Notes: a model not told the origin generated them from the sequence alone. DNA of 64,000 bases from an uncultured Pelagibacteraceae bacterium (GCA_902520685.1 CABYPE010000001.1:9255-73254), one strand, 5' to 3'. Shown: positions 1-10,654, counted from the first letter of the stretch. A program made the numbers and translations.

Positions 1-2
1 TC

Positions 3-335
3 ACTCATGGAGGAAGAAATAATAGTGGTATTAATGTTTTAGAGTATGCAAAACAAATGGAACAAAATGGTGCGGGTGAGTTGTTAGTAACTTCCATGGA
101 TAGAGATGGAACACAAGCTGGTTATGACATTGATTTGATGTCAAAAATTACATCGAAAGTAAATATTCCAGTTATCGCATCAGGTGGTGTGGGTAATTTA
201 GATCACCTTGTGGATGGAATTAAATTAGGAAAAGCTAGTGCAGTTTTAGCTGCTTCTATATTTCACTATGGAAAACATTCTGTAAAAGAGGCTAAGGATT
301 ATTTGGATTCAAAGGGAATACCTGTTAGAATTTAA
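3..335 (+). CDS. hisF: Imidazole glycerol phosphate synthase cyclase subunit, 5' part outside window
   Basis: Frame open from the window start (THGGRNNSG...); motifs TSMDRDGT, IASGGVG, AASIFH. Confidence 0.95.
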   Translation, partial: THGGRNNSGINVLEYAKQMEQNGAGELLVTSMDRDGTQAGYDIDLMSKITSKVNIPVIASGGVGNLDHLVDGIKLGKASAVLAASIFHYGKHSVKEAKDYLDSKGIPVRI

Positions 336-336
336 C

Positions 337-609
337 ATGCTTAATACTTTAGAAAGCTTATTTAATCTTGCAAGAGATCGAAAAAAATCACCAGTAGACG
401 GTTCTTATACAAATAAATTGCTCAGTGACAAATCTTTAAGCAAAGAAAAAGTCCTAGAGGAAATTAATGAACTTGTTGAGGCAATAGAAAAAAATTCAAA
501 CAAAATTCATGAGGCAGCAGATGTTTTTTATCATTTGATAATGTATCTAGAGGCAAATGATGTAAAAATTGAGGATGTAATGGAAGAACTGAATAAAAGA
601 AAAAAATGA
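337..609 (+). CDS. hisE: Phosphoribosyl-ATP pyrophosphatase
   Basis: SYTNKL, KVLEE..E, EAADVFYH motifs; follows hisF. Confidence 0.93.
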   Translation: MLNTLESLFNLARDRKKSPVDGSYTNKLLSDKSLSKEKVLEEINELVEAIEKNSNKIHEAADVFYHLIMYLEANDVKIEDVMEELNKRKK

Positions 610-971
610 TTTACGATGATAATAATATTTTTGCTAAAATTCTCAGAGGGGAAATTCCTTGTAAAAAAATTTATGAGGATGATTTCGTGTTGTCATTTCA
701 TGATATTAATCCACAAAAAAAAATTCATGCTTTGGTGATTCCAAAAGGAAAATATATTGATTTAGATCATTTTAGTTTAAATGCTTCCCCCGAGGAAATG
801 ATTGGATTATTAAAGGGCATTAATATAGTTGCTAAAAAACTGGGTATTTCAAGAGAAGTTGGTAAGGGTTATAGAGCATTAGCAAATATAAGTGAGAATG
901 GAGGTCAAGAGGTTCCTCATTTGCATTTTCATTTATTTGGCGGTGAAAAAGTAGGAAAAATGGTCGAGTGA
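606..971 (+). CDS. hinT: HIT family nucleotide-binding protein
   Basis: IFAKILRGEIP start; QEVPHLHFH histidine triad. Confidence 0.92.
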   Translation: MIYDDNNIFAKILRGEIPCKKIYEDDFVLSFHDINPQKKIHALVIPKGKYIDLDHFSLNASPEEMIGLLKGINIVAKKLGISREVGKGYRALANISENGGQEVPHLHFHLFGGEKVGKMVE

Positions 972-1474
972 CAGAAACCATTGACAGAAATTATTTAGAA
1001 ATAAAATCTATTGATGCTTTAAAAGAAAGTACCTTACCTGAAACAATTAATTCAATTGATTCAGTAGATCCAATTGATTTTCAAATAAATAAATTTTTTT
1101 ATAAAAATATTGGAAAAAAACATAGATGGACTGACCGTCTTGTTTGGTCTGATGATGATTGGATTAAATATGTTTCAAACAAAAAGGTCGAAACCTACAT
1201 TTTAAAAATTAATAATGATCTTGCTGGTTATTTTGAATTAATCTTTCATTCAGATATTAAAGAAATTGAAATAGCTTATTTTGGTTTGTTAGAGGAATAC
1301 CATAATAAAAAAATTGGTGGCTACTTACTTTCCGAAGCAATAAAAAAAGCTTTTTTAAGAAATGAAATAAAAAGGGTTTGGGTTCACACCTGCACTCTTG
1401 ATCATAAGAATGCTTTAAAAAATTACTTAGCCAGAGGTATGACAATTTATAAAAAAGAAACTGTAAAAATTTAA
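968..1474 (+). CDS. GNAT family N-acetyltransferase
   Basis: YFGL...KKIGGYLL acetyl-CoA motif; VWVHTCTLDH..AL.NY..RG. Confidence 0.85.
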   Translation: MTETIDRNYLEIKSIDALKESTLPETINSIDSVDPIDFQINKFFYKNIGKKHRWTDRLVWSDDDWIKYVSNKKVETYILKINNDLAGYFELIFHSDIKEIEIAYFGLLEEYHNKKIGGYLLSEAIKKAFLRNEIKRVWVHTCTLDHKNALKNYLARGMTIYKKETVKI

Positions 1475-2022
1475 TTAGAGGATGGTAATTTAAATGTATT
1501 TTTATCTAACTTTTGATTGATCCTCAAAGAGTAAATGTAAGTAATACTTAAATTTTGATAAATATCTAATGTTTGCCATCCAATAAGATTATAATTTATA
1601 TTGTCAAAAAAAATATTTATTTCATTATCGTCTTTTAAAATTTTAAAGTTTATAAATTTATCATCGATTATTCTTCCTTTAAGATTTTTGATTTCATTAA
1701 TCAAAAATTTTTTATCTAAAATATAATTTAAAGGTGTTCTATTAATTGAATACCTATAATAACTGCCACTTTTAGTCTTTATAACAAGAGATTTACCATT
1801 AGAAACTAAAAGTTTATTGTTCATGTTATCATAATTACAAAATATTTTTTTAGGATATTCGATAATACAGTTTCCATTTTCAATTTTACCATTAACATTT
1901 TGTTCAAAATCAAAACTTAAATTGCTAATCTTTTCTAAGGAAGAAATTATTTTTTCATTGATTGATCCTTGAGCAAAATTATTAAAGCTAATGATAAAAA
2001 AGATTATTAAAATTTTTTTCAT
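1471..2022 (-). CDS. lolA: Outer-membrane lipoprotein carrier LolA family
   Basis: Signal peptide, FEQ, LVSNGK, TPL motifs; downstream of ftsK. Confidence 0.8.
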   Translation of the reverse strand: MKKILIIFFIISFNNFAQGSINEKIISSLEKISNLSFDFEQNVNGKIENGNCIIEYPKKIFCNYDNMNNKLLVSNGKSLVIKTKSGSYYRYSINRTPLNYILDKKFLINEIKNLKGRIIDDKFINFKILKDDNEINIFFDNINYNLIGWQTLDIYQNLSITYIYSLRINQKLDKNTFKLPSSN

Positions 2023-4112
2023 TACAGAACATCTCTTTTACCAACATGATTTGCTTTACTAACAATTCCCTCTTCCTCCATCATATCAATGATTCTGGCA
2101 GCTCTATTGTATCCAATTTGAAGTTTTCTTTGTAAAAAGGAAGTTGAAGCTTTCCCCTCAGATTTGATAATTTCTACGGCTGTTTGATAAAGTTCATCTT
2201 TATCGCCACTATCTTTAGATCCATCACCAATTTCTCTTTCATCAGCAAAATTTAAAATTTCATCAACATAATCTGGATTTGCTTGTGATCTTAAAAAATT
2301 ATTGATTTTTTCTATTTCGTTATCAGTGACAAAAGGAGCATGAATTCTTAAAATCCTGTTAGCGGAAGACATATAAAGCATATCACCTTTTCCTAGAAGT
2401 TGTTCTGCACCCTGTTCTCCTAAAATTGTTCTACTATCTATCTTTGAAGTTACTTGAAACGATATTCTTGTTGGAAAATTAGCTTTAATTGTGCCTGTTA
2501 TTACATCCACACTTGGTCTTTGAGTGGCCATTATAATATGAATTCCAGCAGCTCTTGCCATCTGAGATAATTTTTGAATGTAGTTTTCAATTTCTTTCCC
2601 TGCCACTAACATCAAATCTGACATTTCATCAACCACAACAACAATAAATGGCATTGGTAATTTATGTTTCATATTATATCCATCGATGTTTCTAACGCCT
2701 TCTTTTGTCATTAAACGATATCTACTTTCCATTTCTTTAACCACCCATCCAAGAACAGAAGCTGCTTTCTTTGCTTCCGTAATAACAGGACATAATAAAT
2801 GTGGAATTCCTTCATAAGTAGATAATTCCAACATCTTAGGATCAATCAAAATAAATTTACACCTATCAGGAGTATGTCTATATAAAAGAGATAAAATTAT
2901 AGTATTAATACAGACTGATTTACCAGAACCAGTTGTTCCCGCTATTAGCAAATGAGGCATAGAGGCTAGGTCACCAATAATTGGTGTGCCAGAAATATTT
3001 TTTCCAAGAGCTATTGGCAGTTTTATTTCATTCTTTTTAAAATCGGTTTTATTTAATATTTCACTTAAATAAACATTTTCTCTTGATGAATTGGGCAGCT
3101 CAATACCAACAGTATTGCTACCAGGTATAGTCGCAATTCTTGCAGATTCTGAGCTTGTGTTTCTTGCTATATCGTCAGATAAGTTAATTATCTTAGAAAC
3201 TTTAACACCAGCTGCTGGTTCAAATTCATTTAAAGTGACCACAGGTCCTTGACTTACTTTCTTAATGCTACCATTGACACCAAAGTCTAACAAGATTTTT
3301 TCAAGAAATGCAGGATCACCTACCTCTTGTCTATTAGAATTTTCTCTTTCTTTTTTTGTTGGTATTTTTAATAATTCTAAACTAGGAAGTTTAAATTTAG
3401 TTTTTTCAGTTTCTTTAAGTTTTTCTGCTTTGATAAAAGGAAGGTCCTCTTGAATTAAATTTTTAATTTCTTCTTGAGGAATGTATTCACTTATAACTTC
3501 CGTTTTATCAGTATAAGGTTTGTTTTTATCTTTATTGATATAATTTAATATTTTTTTTATAAACTTCCAAAGGTTTTTAGGATTAAAATTAATGCTTATT
3601 AAAAAAAAACTTAAAACTAAAAATAGTAAAAAATAATATGAAATTACTGTTTGTAAATTTAGTATATCACCAAAAAAAGTTTGGCTTAAGTAATGTCCAA
3701 CAAATCCACCATTACCATTTATATATAGTTCAAAAGTACTCTGGTAGAAAAAATTAAAAAATAAAGCCCCGAAAATACAATAAAAAATAGAAAAAAAAGT
3801 GTTTTCTATAACCAAAAATAATTCTTTTCTTCTAAAAACATTTATTCCAGTTATGAGTAAAGTGATTGATAGCAAATAAGAAATAACGCCAATTGATTGA
3901 AAAAATAAATCAGAAATATAACTGCCCTGAAATCCCAAGATATTTTTTATTTCTGTATTCTCTGGAAATATAAAATTAGGATCAGTTGGAGAATAAGAGC
4001 TTAAAGCTACTAAAAACAAAATACCAATAATCGATATAGATACCCCTATAATTTCAATTAATCTATTAATTGTAAATTGAACAATAATACTAGCTATTTT
4101 TTTAATATTCAT
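2022..4112 (-). CDS. ftsK: DNA translocase FtsK
   Basis: N-terminal TM helices, PHLLIAGTTGSGKS Walker A, gamma-domain LQIGYNRAARII. Confidence 0.98.
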   Translation of the reverse strand: MNIKKIASIIVQFTINRLIEIIGVSISIIGILFLVALSSYSPTDPNFIFPENTEIKNILGFQGSYISDLFFQSIGVISYLLSITLLITGINVFRRKELFLVIENTFFSIFYCIFGALFFNFFYQSTFELYINGNGGFVGHYLSQTFFGDILNLQTVISYYFLLFLVLSFFLISINFNPKNLWKFIKKILNYINKDKNKPYTDKTEVISEYIPQEEIKNLIQEDLPFIKAEKLKETEKTKFKLPSLELLKIPTKKERENSNRQEVGDPAFLEKILLDFGVNGSIKKVSQGPVVTLNEFEPAAGVKVSKIINLSDDIARNTSSESARIATIPGSNTVGIELPNSSRENVYLSEILNKTDFKKNEIKLPIALGKNISGTPIIGDLASMPHLLIAGTTGSGKSVCINTIILSLLYRHTPDRCKFILIDPKMLELSTYEGIPHLLCPVITEAKKAASVLGWVVKEMESRYRLMTKEGVRNIDGYNMKHKLPMPFIVVVVDEMSDLMLVAGKEIENYIQKLSQMARAAGIHIIMATQRPSVDVITGTIKANFPTRISFQVTSKIDSRTILGEQGAEQLLGKGDMLYMSSANRILRIHAPFVTDNEIEKINNFLRSQANPDYVDEILNFADEREIGDGSKDSGDKDELYQTAVEIIKSEGKASTSFLQRKLQIGYNRAARIIDMMEEEGIVSKANHVGKRDVL

Positions 4113-4173
4113 TTTGATGAATCAAATTTAACACTTTGTATCATCTAATTTTTGTTGTTAAAATTAATTTGTT

Positions 4174-5244
4174 ATGAAAGTTTGTGTCATTGGTGATGGA
4201 TTGGTTAGTCTAACCCTAGCCAGTATTTTGATTAAAAAAGATATATCTGTAGACATTTTTTGCAATAAAAAAAATATTTTATACGATCAATCAAGGACAT
4301 TGGGTATTTCAAAATCAAATATAGATTATTTCAATAAAGAAATAATAAATATAAAAAAAATATCATGGGAAATTAAAAAAATAAAAATTTTTACCGAAAA
4401 AAATAACAAGAATGAATTGCTCAAGTTTGATAATAAAAATAATCAAATTTTTTCAATAATCCGAAATTATAATTTACAAAAGCTATTACTTAAAAATTTA
4501 AAAAAAAGTAAATTAATTAAATTCAAAAATAATTTTGATATTGATAGAAACAAATATAAATTAGTAATTAGTTCTGATCCAACTCATCCATTTATGAAAA
4601 ATTTTTTTTCGAAGAGAATTGAAAAAGATTATAATAGTTATGCTTATACATCAATGATTACTCATAAAAAAATTAAAAATAATACTGCATTTCAAAATTT
4701 CACAAAGAATGGACCACTTGCTTTTTTGCCTCTTTCAGAATCAAAAACTTCAATAGTTTACTCTATAAAATCTATTAAAAAAAAAAGTATATTTGAAATG
4801 AATGATTTAGTTAAAAAATATAATCCAATCTATTCAATTAAAAACATTGATAACTGGAACAGCTTTAAATTAAAATCATCTAGTCTTAGGAATTATTATC
4901 ATGATAACGTTTTAGCTTTTGGAGACTTACTTCACAAGATTCACCCACTTGCTGGCCAAGGTTTTAATATGTCTTTACGTGATATCAAGTTGTTATCAGA
5001 TTTAATAAATAAAAAAATTAATTTAGGTTTGGATTTAGATGAAGCAATATGTGAAGAATTTCAAAAAAGATCAAAAAGCAATAACTTTATTTTTTTGTCA
5101 GGTATCGATTGGATTTACGAGTTGTTTAATTTAGAGAGTAAAATAAGTTTAAACTTATTGAATAAGTCAATTAATTTTATTGGGAGCAATAAAGTTGTGA
5201 ATACATTTCTTAAAAACTTTGCTGACAATGGTATAAGATATTAA
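4174..5244 (+). CDS. UbiH/UbiF-family FAD-dependent hydroxylase
   Basis: Degenerate Rossmann start VIGDGL, GPLAFLP, GD..H.IHPLAGQGFN. Confidence 0.85.
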   Translation: MKVCVIGDGLVSLTLASILIKKDISVDIFCNKKNILYDQSRTLGISKSNIDYFNKEIINIKKISWEIKKIKIFTEKNNKNELLKFDNKNNQIFSIIRNYNLQKLLLKNLKKSKLIKFKNNFDIDRNKYKLVISSDPTHPFMKNFFSKRIEKDYNSYAYTSMITHKKIKNNTAFQNFTKNGPLAFLPLSESKTSIVYSIKSIKKKSIFEMNDLVKKYNPIYSIKNIDNWNSFKLKSSSLRNYYHDNVLAFGDLLHKIHPLAGQGFNMSLRDIKLLSDLINKKINLGLDLDEAICEEFQKRSKSNNFIFLSGIDWIYELFNLESKISLNLLNKSINFIGSNKVVNTFLKNFADNGIRY

Positions 5245-5246
5245 AA

Positions 5247-5894
5247 TTATTGGAGGGTAGTATTATTATACTCATCAAAAGTATATGTAGTTAATATTTC
5301 TGCAATTTTATTTTTTCTTAAATCTAAATTAACTGCTTCTAATAATACTTGCTTCTCCTCTAAACTAAATGGTGAAGCCATAGCTAAAGCATTAATAGTT
5401 TCATCCAAGCTTTGTTTCTCTAAAGCTTTCCAGTTGATGATAAACCCTCTTTTCTCAAATAATTGTTTTAAATCTTTGAAAATTAATTCGAGATCTGAAA
5501 ATTTCAAATTTTCTTTTTTATCATTTAGATCATCTATATATTCATCAAAATTTACTTCAAACGATCTATAAAATTTTTCAGTTTTTTTTTCTTTTAAAAT
5601 TTTAAATCTAATGATTCCTTTTAAATCAATTAAAAATTTTCCATCTTCTGCCTCCCTAAAACTTGTGATTTTCCCTAAACAACCAATTTTGTGTAATGAC
5701 GGGATCAATGATTTTTCATCATTAATAGATTTTGGTTGTATCATTCCAATAAATTTATCAGTTTTTATACTGTCATTAATCATTTCTATATAACGAGGTT
5801 CAAAAATATTTAGAGGAACAGTTGTTTTAGGAAATATAATAAAATTACTTAAGGGAAATACAGGGATCGTTTTTGGCAACTCTTCTATTTTCAT
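5247..5894 (-). CDS. Stand-alone Lon substrate-binding (LON N-terminal) domain protein
   Basis: PVFPL...PLNIFEPRY motif; EKQVLLEA. Confidence 0.9.
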   Translation of the reverse strand: MKIEELPKTIPVFPLSNFIIFPKTTVPLNIFEPRYIEMINDSIKTDKFIGMIQPKSINDEKSLIPSLHKIGCLGKITSFREAEDGKFLIDLKGIIRFKILKEKKTEKFYRSFEVNFDEYIDDLNDKKENLKFSDLELIFKDLKQLFEKRGFIINWKALEKQSLDETINALAMASPFSLEEKQVLLEAVNLDLRKNKIAEILTTYTFDEYNNTTLQ

Positions 5895-5923
5895 ACAGGA
5901 AAATATACCATAATTATTATTGC

Positions 5924-5952
5924 TTGAATTAAAAAAATTAGCTAACTATAAT
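5924..5952 (+). promoter_or_regulatory. Sigma70-type promoter of tRNA-Gly
   Basis: TTGAAT (5924-5929), 17-bp spacer, TATAAT (5947-5952), 10 nt upstream of the tRNA. Confidence 0.75.
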
Positions 5953-5962
5953 GTTTTTAATT

Positions 5963-6037
5963 GCGGGTATAGCTCAGTGGTAGAGCGTCTCGTTGCCAAC
6001 GAGAAGGTCGAGGGTTCGACCCCCTTTGCCCGCTCCA
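5963..6037 (+). tRNA. tRNA-Gly(GCC)
   Basis: GCGGGTA acceptor pairs with TGCCCGC; anticodon stem TCTCG/CGAGA with loop TTGCCAA; GGTTCGA T-loop; encoded CCA end. Confidence 0.98.
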
Positions 6038-6043
6038 AAAGCT

Positions 6044-6388
6044 ATGAATGATCTTATTAACAAAAAATGTGTTCCATGTGAAGGTGGGATAGTACCTTTT
6101 GATATATCAGAAATTCATAAATATCAAAAAAAAGTAGATGGTTGGAATATTTTAAAAGACAATAAAGATATTTATTTTTTAGAAAAGAATTTTAAATTTA
6201 AAGATTTCAAAAAAAGTCAGGATTTTGTCAATAGAGTCGGAGAAATTTCAGAAAAAGAGGGACATCACCCAGATATTCATTTTGGCTGGGGTTATGCTAA
6301 AATAAATATAAACACCCATGCTATTGAGGGTTTATGTGAAAATGATTTTATTTTGGCAGCTAAAATTGATGAAATTTTTAATGTCTAA
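6044..6388 (+). CDS. phhB: Pterin-4-alpha-carbinolamine dehydratase
   Basis: CVPCEGG, EGHHPDI, TH...GL..NDF.LA motifs; start moved to ATG 6044 because the ORF-track start lies inside the tRNA. Confidence 0.9.
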   Translation: MNDLINKKCVPCEGGIVPFDISEIHKYQKKVDGWNILKDNKDIYFLEKNFKFKDFKKSQDFVNRVGEISEKEGHHPDIHFGWGYAKININTHAIEGLCENDFILAAKIDEIFNV

Positions 6389-7913
6389 AATGTCTTGTTT
6401 TTGAAAAAATTAAAACAGTTCCAGTCTCATTTGCAAATCTTATAATTTCTTTATCATTTATTGATCCTGAAGGCTGAATAATTGCTTTTACACCGGATTG
6501 TATTAGTTTTTCAATTCCATCAATAAATGGAAAAAAAGCATCAGAAGCAGCAACAATATCCGAGGTTGGATTAGTAAATTTTTTCATTTTATTAACCGCA
6601 ATCTGACAGCTATCTAATCTGCTTGGTTGACCTGACCCAATACCGATTGTTTTTTTATTTGAGACTAAAACAATTGCATTAGATTTGACATATCTACAAA
6701 CATTAAAAGCAAATATTAGATCATCAAATTGAGATTTTGTAGGTCTTTTTTTGGATACAATTTTAAAATCTTTTTTTTTAAATTCATTATTATCCTCGGA
6801 TTGTAACAGTATATTTTTATCAATAGAGGAAAACTTTAAAATTTCATTTGGATTAAAATCAGATGCATCAATTAATCTTAATTTTTTCTTTTTCTTTAAA
6901 ATTTTTAAAGCACTCACATCAAAATTATTTCCAATAATTACCTCAAGAAATAATTTATTCATCTCTAAAGCTAATTTTTTGTTCACTTTAAAGTTACATG
7001 AAACAATACCACCAAAAGCACTAACTGGATCGCAAGCAAGGGCTGATTTGTAACATTGAACTGAATTTTTTAAAATTGAAACTCCACAAGGATTAGCATG
7101 TTTAGTTATTACTAATCCGATATTTTTTGGTAGTGACTTAGAAATTGTTAATGCTGAAAAAATATCATTATAATTATTATAACTTAATTGCTTTCCGTGT
7201 AACTGTTTGATGTTCAAAAAGTTATTTTGAGAGTAGATAGCACTTTTTTGATGTGGATTTTCACCATACCTTAATTTTTCAATTAAATTGCCATAAAAAA
7301 CTTTTTTCTTTGGAAAGTAATTATTTGTAATCCTATTAAAGTAATTTGAAATTAAAGAGTCATAATAAGCTGTTTCTGTGAAAGCTACTTGAGACATTCT
7401 TTCTCTAAATTCTTGAGATGTAGATCCATTAAATTTTTTTAACTCATTAATCAGTTCTTGGTACTGAGAATTCGAGGTAATGACAGTTACATTATTATAG
7501 TTTTTTGCAGCAGCCCTGACCATAGTTGGTCCTCCAACATCAATATTTTCAATTATTTTCTTATGATCATTAGTACTTTTTAAAGTTTCTTCAAAAGGGT
7601 AAAAATTAACAATTACTAAATCGATATTTTCAAATTTATTATTTATCAAATCTTGTTGGTGAGATTTATTATTTCTTTTATTAAGAATACCAGCGTGAAT
7701 TTTAGGGTGTAATGTCTTAACTCTTCCATCTAAAATTTCTTTAAATCCAGTATAATCTGATACTTCAGTACATATATAATTTAACTTTTTTATTTTTTTG
7801 TAGGTTCCTCCAGAACTTATAATTTCAATTTTAAATTTTTTTAGACAATTTAATAAAGGTTTGATATTTTTTTTGTCAGATACTGATATTAAAGCTCTTT
7901 TAATTTTTTTCAT
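6378..7913 (-). CDS. purH: Bifunctional AICAR transformylase/IMP cyclohydrolase
   Basis: RALISVSDK, GRVKTLHP, LRYGENPHQ, SDAFFPF, RHFRH. Confidence 0.98.
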   Translation of the reverse strand: MKKIKRALISVSDKKNIKPLLNCLKKFKIEIISSGGTYKKIKKLNYICTEVSDYTGFKEILDGRVKTLHPKIHAGILNKRNNKSHQQDLINNKFENIDLVIVNFYPFEETLKSTNDHKKIIENIDVGGPTMVRAAAKNYNNVTVITSNSQYQELINELKKFNGSTSQEFRERMSQVAFTETAYYDSLISNYFNRITNNYFPKKKVFYGNLIEKLRYGENPHQKSAIYSQNNFLNIKQLHGKQLSYNNYNDIFSALTISKSLPKNIGLVITKHANPCGVSILKNSVQCYKSALACDPVSAFGGIVSCNFKVNKKLALEMNKLFLEVIIGNNFDVSALKILKKKKKLRLIDASDFNPNEILKFSSIDKNILLQSEDNNEFKKKDFKIVSKKRPTKSQFDDLIFAFNVCRYVKSNAIVLVSNKKTIGIGSGQPSRLDSCQIAVNKMKKFTNPTSDIVAASDAFFPFIDGIEKLIQSGVKAIIQPSGSINDKEIIRFANETGTVLIFSKTRHFRH

Positions 7914-9535
7914 TAAACTTTATTTAATTGCCAAGAAATATTTTCTTTCTTGTTACTTGTAATACCTGAAATAAAAATATTTTGATTTTGTATATATGAA
8001 TTTTTATTACCGAAATATAGTCCATTATCAATATCTATATTAAAGTTATCACAAGTGAATTTCCACCCTTCTTCCTCTAACTGAATAAGAATTGCTTTAT
8101 TATCTTGTGTTTTCATTAACTTAACATTTGGTTCTAAATGAAATCTTATATCAAATTTTATATTTGAATTGGATTTTTTGATTAAAATTTTATCTGTGCC
8201 AACAAATTTTGACTGTTCTGGATAATATTCGATATCTCGTTCGTGTATTGTATTATATTTTTTATTATATCCATCATGAGATGAACTTATCTTCCAATAA
8301 TTTTTTTCAAAAATGATATTTTTGTTTAAAATTTTTAAACTATCTTTTAATAAATAATCTTTCTTATTTTTTATAAATTTACACGAGGAATTATCGTCAA
8401 TTACAAGAGTACTGTGTGTTGCAGTCGATTTTGATAGCTTAACAAGTTTTTCGTTTTTTCCATCATAAAAACCACAATTACTTATTAATTTTTTACCATT
8501 TGAAACTATTTCAAAAGAAAGCGAACCCGATTGATATTCTGAAGATAAATTATTATGTGGAGATTGTCCGATATCCATTACAATAGATACTTTTTTATCA
8601 TGTAATATTGCATATCCTCCAAACTCTTTATTTTCATTTTTAAATTTATAACCTAATCTTTTTAAATAATGATCGAACTCTTCATTATTTGAGATATTAT
8701 TTCCATTCATTAAAATATCTGATTTAATATTTTGCCAAATAAATGCATATCCTTGTCCTAAATAAAATATAGTTTCATTAAGAAGGTCTGGGGCTTCAAC
8801 CTGAGCTTCTTTAAACCACTCTCTAATTAAAATAAAATATTTTAAATAGAAAACTAATTGTTTAATGCTTCTCGATTTTGTAAATCCGTAATTATCAAAT
8901 GCAGAATTAGATATTTTTTTTAATAAGTTTAATCCATAAGAAAGATATTTTTTTTCATCTTTATAAGTAAGACCCACCAGAATAATTGCTGCACAACCAA
9001 TTATTTTATCATTAATTTTTTTTGAATTGTTTATTTCATTGATCAAATGATTAGCTTGTTTTTGGAGCATGTCGTTAAATATATTCAAATAGTCTTTACT
9101 AGCCTCGTCAATTGTCAAACTATGATTTGAAAGCCATGCGATTATTCTTTTTGAAGTTAAATCAAATTCCCAACTTTCAGAGTTATATTTGTAATTTTGA
9201 TTTATCCAACTAGATATAATTTGTTGTGTATTTTTTTTTGATGATTTTAAATCAAGAGAAAAAAACCAATAAAAATTATTCAATCTTTTAAAGTTTTTAT
9301 TATTTTTATCTTCCCATAAACTTTCAGCTGAAATTTCATTTACATTAATCTTTTTTGTTTGATATTTAATTAATGATGAAAGTAAATATGGACTCGGTTT
9401 ATATGATAATTCTTGATAATAAATTTTAGAAATTTTTTTATCATAAAAACCTGAATTAAAATAAAAACTTCTGATTTTATTATTTATATTTTCTAGTAGT
9501 TGATTAATGAAATTTAAGAAGTTTCTTAAAATCAT
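7913..9535 (-). CDS. Heparinase II/III-like protein
   Basis: LSFE...LISNCG, STATHSTL, SHDGY, RFHL.P; usual rpe-X-purH position in alphaproteobacteria. Confidence 0.8.
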   Translation of the reverse strand: MILRNFLNFINQLLENINNKIRSFYFNSGFYDKKISKIYYQELSYKPSPYLLSSLIKYQTKKINVNEISAESLWEDKNNKNFKRLNNFYWFFSLDLKSSKKNTQQIISSWINQNYKYNSESWEFDLTSKRIIAWLSNHSLTIDEASKDYLNIFNDMLQKQANHLINEINNSKKINDKIIGCAAIILVGLTYKDEKKYLSYGLNLLKKISNSAFDNYGFTKSRSIKQLVFYLKYFILIREWFKEAQVEAPDLLNETIFYLGQGYAFIWQNIKSDILMNGNNISNNEEFDHYLKRLGYKFKNENKEFGGYAILHDKKVSIVMDIGQSPHNNLSSEYQSGSLSFEIVSNGKKLISNCGFYDGKNEKLVKLSKSTATHSTLVIDDNSSCKFIKNKKDYLLKDSLKILNKNIIFEKNYWKISSSHDGYNKKYNTIHERDIEYYPEQSKFVGTDKILIKKSNSNIKFDIRFHLEPNVKLMKTQDNKAILIQLEEEGWKFTCDNFNIDIDNGLYFGNKNSYIQNQNIFISGITSNKKENISWQLNKV

Positions 9536-9539
9536 TTAT

Positions 9540-10199
9540 TTACTGTGATTTAAGTAAATCTATATTTTTCTTTATGTCACCATTATTACTTTTGAATATT
9601 GTAGTGCCTGAGACTAGAATATTTGCACCAGCTTCAATTGCGATTTTTGAATTTTCAAAGTTAATTCCACCATCTATCTCAATATCAAAATCTATATTTT
9701 TTTCTTTTTGAATTTTTTTGAGCTCTTTAATTTTACTTAAAACTTCAGGCATAAATTTTTGACCGCCGAAACCAGGATTTACACTCATGATTAAAACTAA
9801 ATCAATTTTGTCTAAATAATCTATAATTACATTTACTTTAGTTTCTGGATTTAAAGATACACCAACTTTTTTTTCTAATTCTTTTATTTTTTTAATCGAA
9901 CCAGATAAATCTTCTGTTGCCTCAGGATGAATAGTAATAATATCAGCACCTGCCTCTGAATAAGCATCAATATATTTATGCACAGGAGAAATCATTAAAT
10001 GTACATCAAATTTAATAGAGCAATTCTTTTTTAATGCTTTAATCACCGGAGGGCCTATAGTTAAATTTGGAACAAAGTGGCCGTCCATAACATCTACATG
10101 TATAAAATCAGCACCACCCTCTTCTAGTCTTTTTATTTCATTCCCGAGTTGACTAAAATCGGCTGATAATATCGAGGGTGAGATTTGTATTTTTTTCAT
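9540..10199 (-). CDS. rpe: Ribulose-phosphate 3-epimerase
   Basis: ISPSILSADF, HVDVMDGHFVPN, MSVNPGFGGQ; start chosen at MKKIQ (10199), alternative 10214. Confidence 0.97.
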   Translation of the reverse strand: MKKIQISPSILSADFSQLGNEIKRLEEGGADFIHVDVMDGHFVPNLTIGPPVIKALKKNCSIKFDVHLMISPVHKYIDAYSEAGADIITIHPEATEDLSGSIKKIKELEKKVGVSLNPETKVNVIIDYLDKIDLVLIMSVNPGFGGQKFMPEVLSKIKELKKIQKEKNIDFDIEIDGGINFENSKIAIEAGANILVSGTTIFKSNNGDIKKNIDLLKSQ

Positions 10200-10227
10200 T
10201 TGATACTGAATCAATTAGTATCAACTT

Positions 10228-10584
10228 TTAAAATTTTATTGAATTAAAAAATTGATAAATCTGACTTGATATTTCACTTTCGAGCGGAAAAGAAAGCATT
10301 CCCATCACAGAGTAACCCAATAGATATGGCATAAGATAAAATCTTATCATAAAAAAGAACCAAGCGACATAAAGAGGCACTAATGGCTGAATTATAAATT
10401 TGGGAGTTAATGGCTTAAAAATAGTTAGCAAAGGATTTGTATATTTTACAAAAACTCTCATAAAGAAAAATTGGGAATCTTCTCTTTGGAATATGTTCAT
10501 TGCAACCCTTCCAACTAAAGTCCACATAATAATTCCTAGAATATAATCGATTATATAGACTACTGGATGAAAGTTAGCAGACAT
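10228..10584 (-). CDS. Small membrane protein, YggT-like
   Basis: TM helix followed by TNPLL..F..LTP, resembling the YGGT repeat. Confidence 0.55.
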   Translation of the reverse strand: MSANFHPVVYIIDYILGIIMWTLVGRVAMNIFQREDSQFFFMRVFVKYTNPLLTIFKPLTPKFIIQPLVPLYVAWFFFMIRFYLMPYLLGYSVMGMLSFPLESEISSQIYQFFNSIKF

Positions 10585-10617
10585 TGAAGAGTTTATATTT
10601 GAAAAAAGATGGAAATA

Positions 10618-10643
10618 AAAGGGGCGAAGTTAATCGCCCCTTT
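10618..10643 (-). terminator. Rho-independent terminator downstream of actP
   Basis: AAAGGGGCGA/TCGCCCCTTT inverted repeat with 6-nt loop, U-run on the minus strand. Confidence 0.85.
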
Positions 10644-10654
10644 AAAAAGATTAT

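Noticed and set aside
5993-6043. N-terminal extension MPTRRSRVRPPLPAPKA of the pterin dehydratase ORF
   Set aside because: It is the tRNA-Gly sequence read as codons; the real start is ATG 6044.
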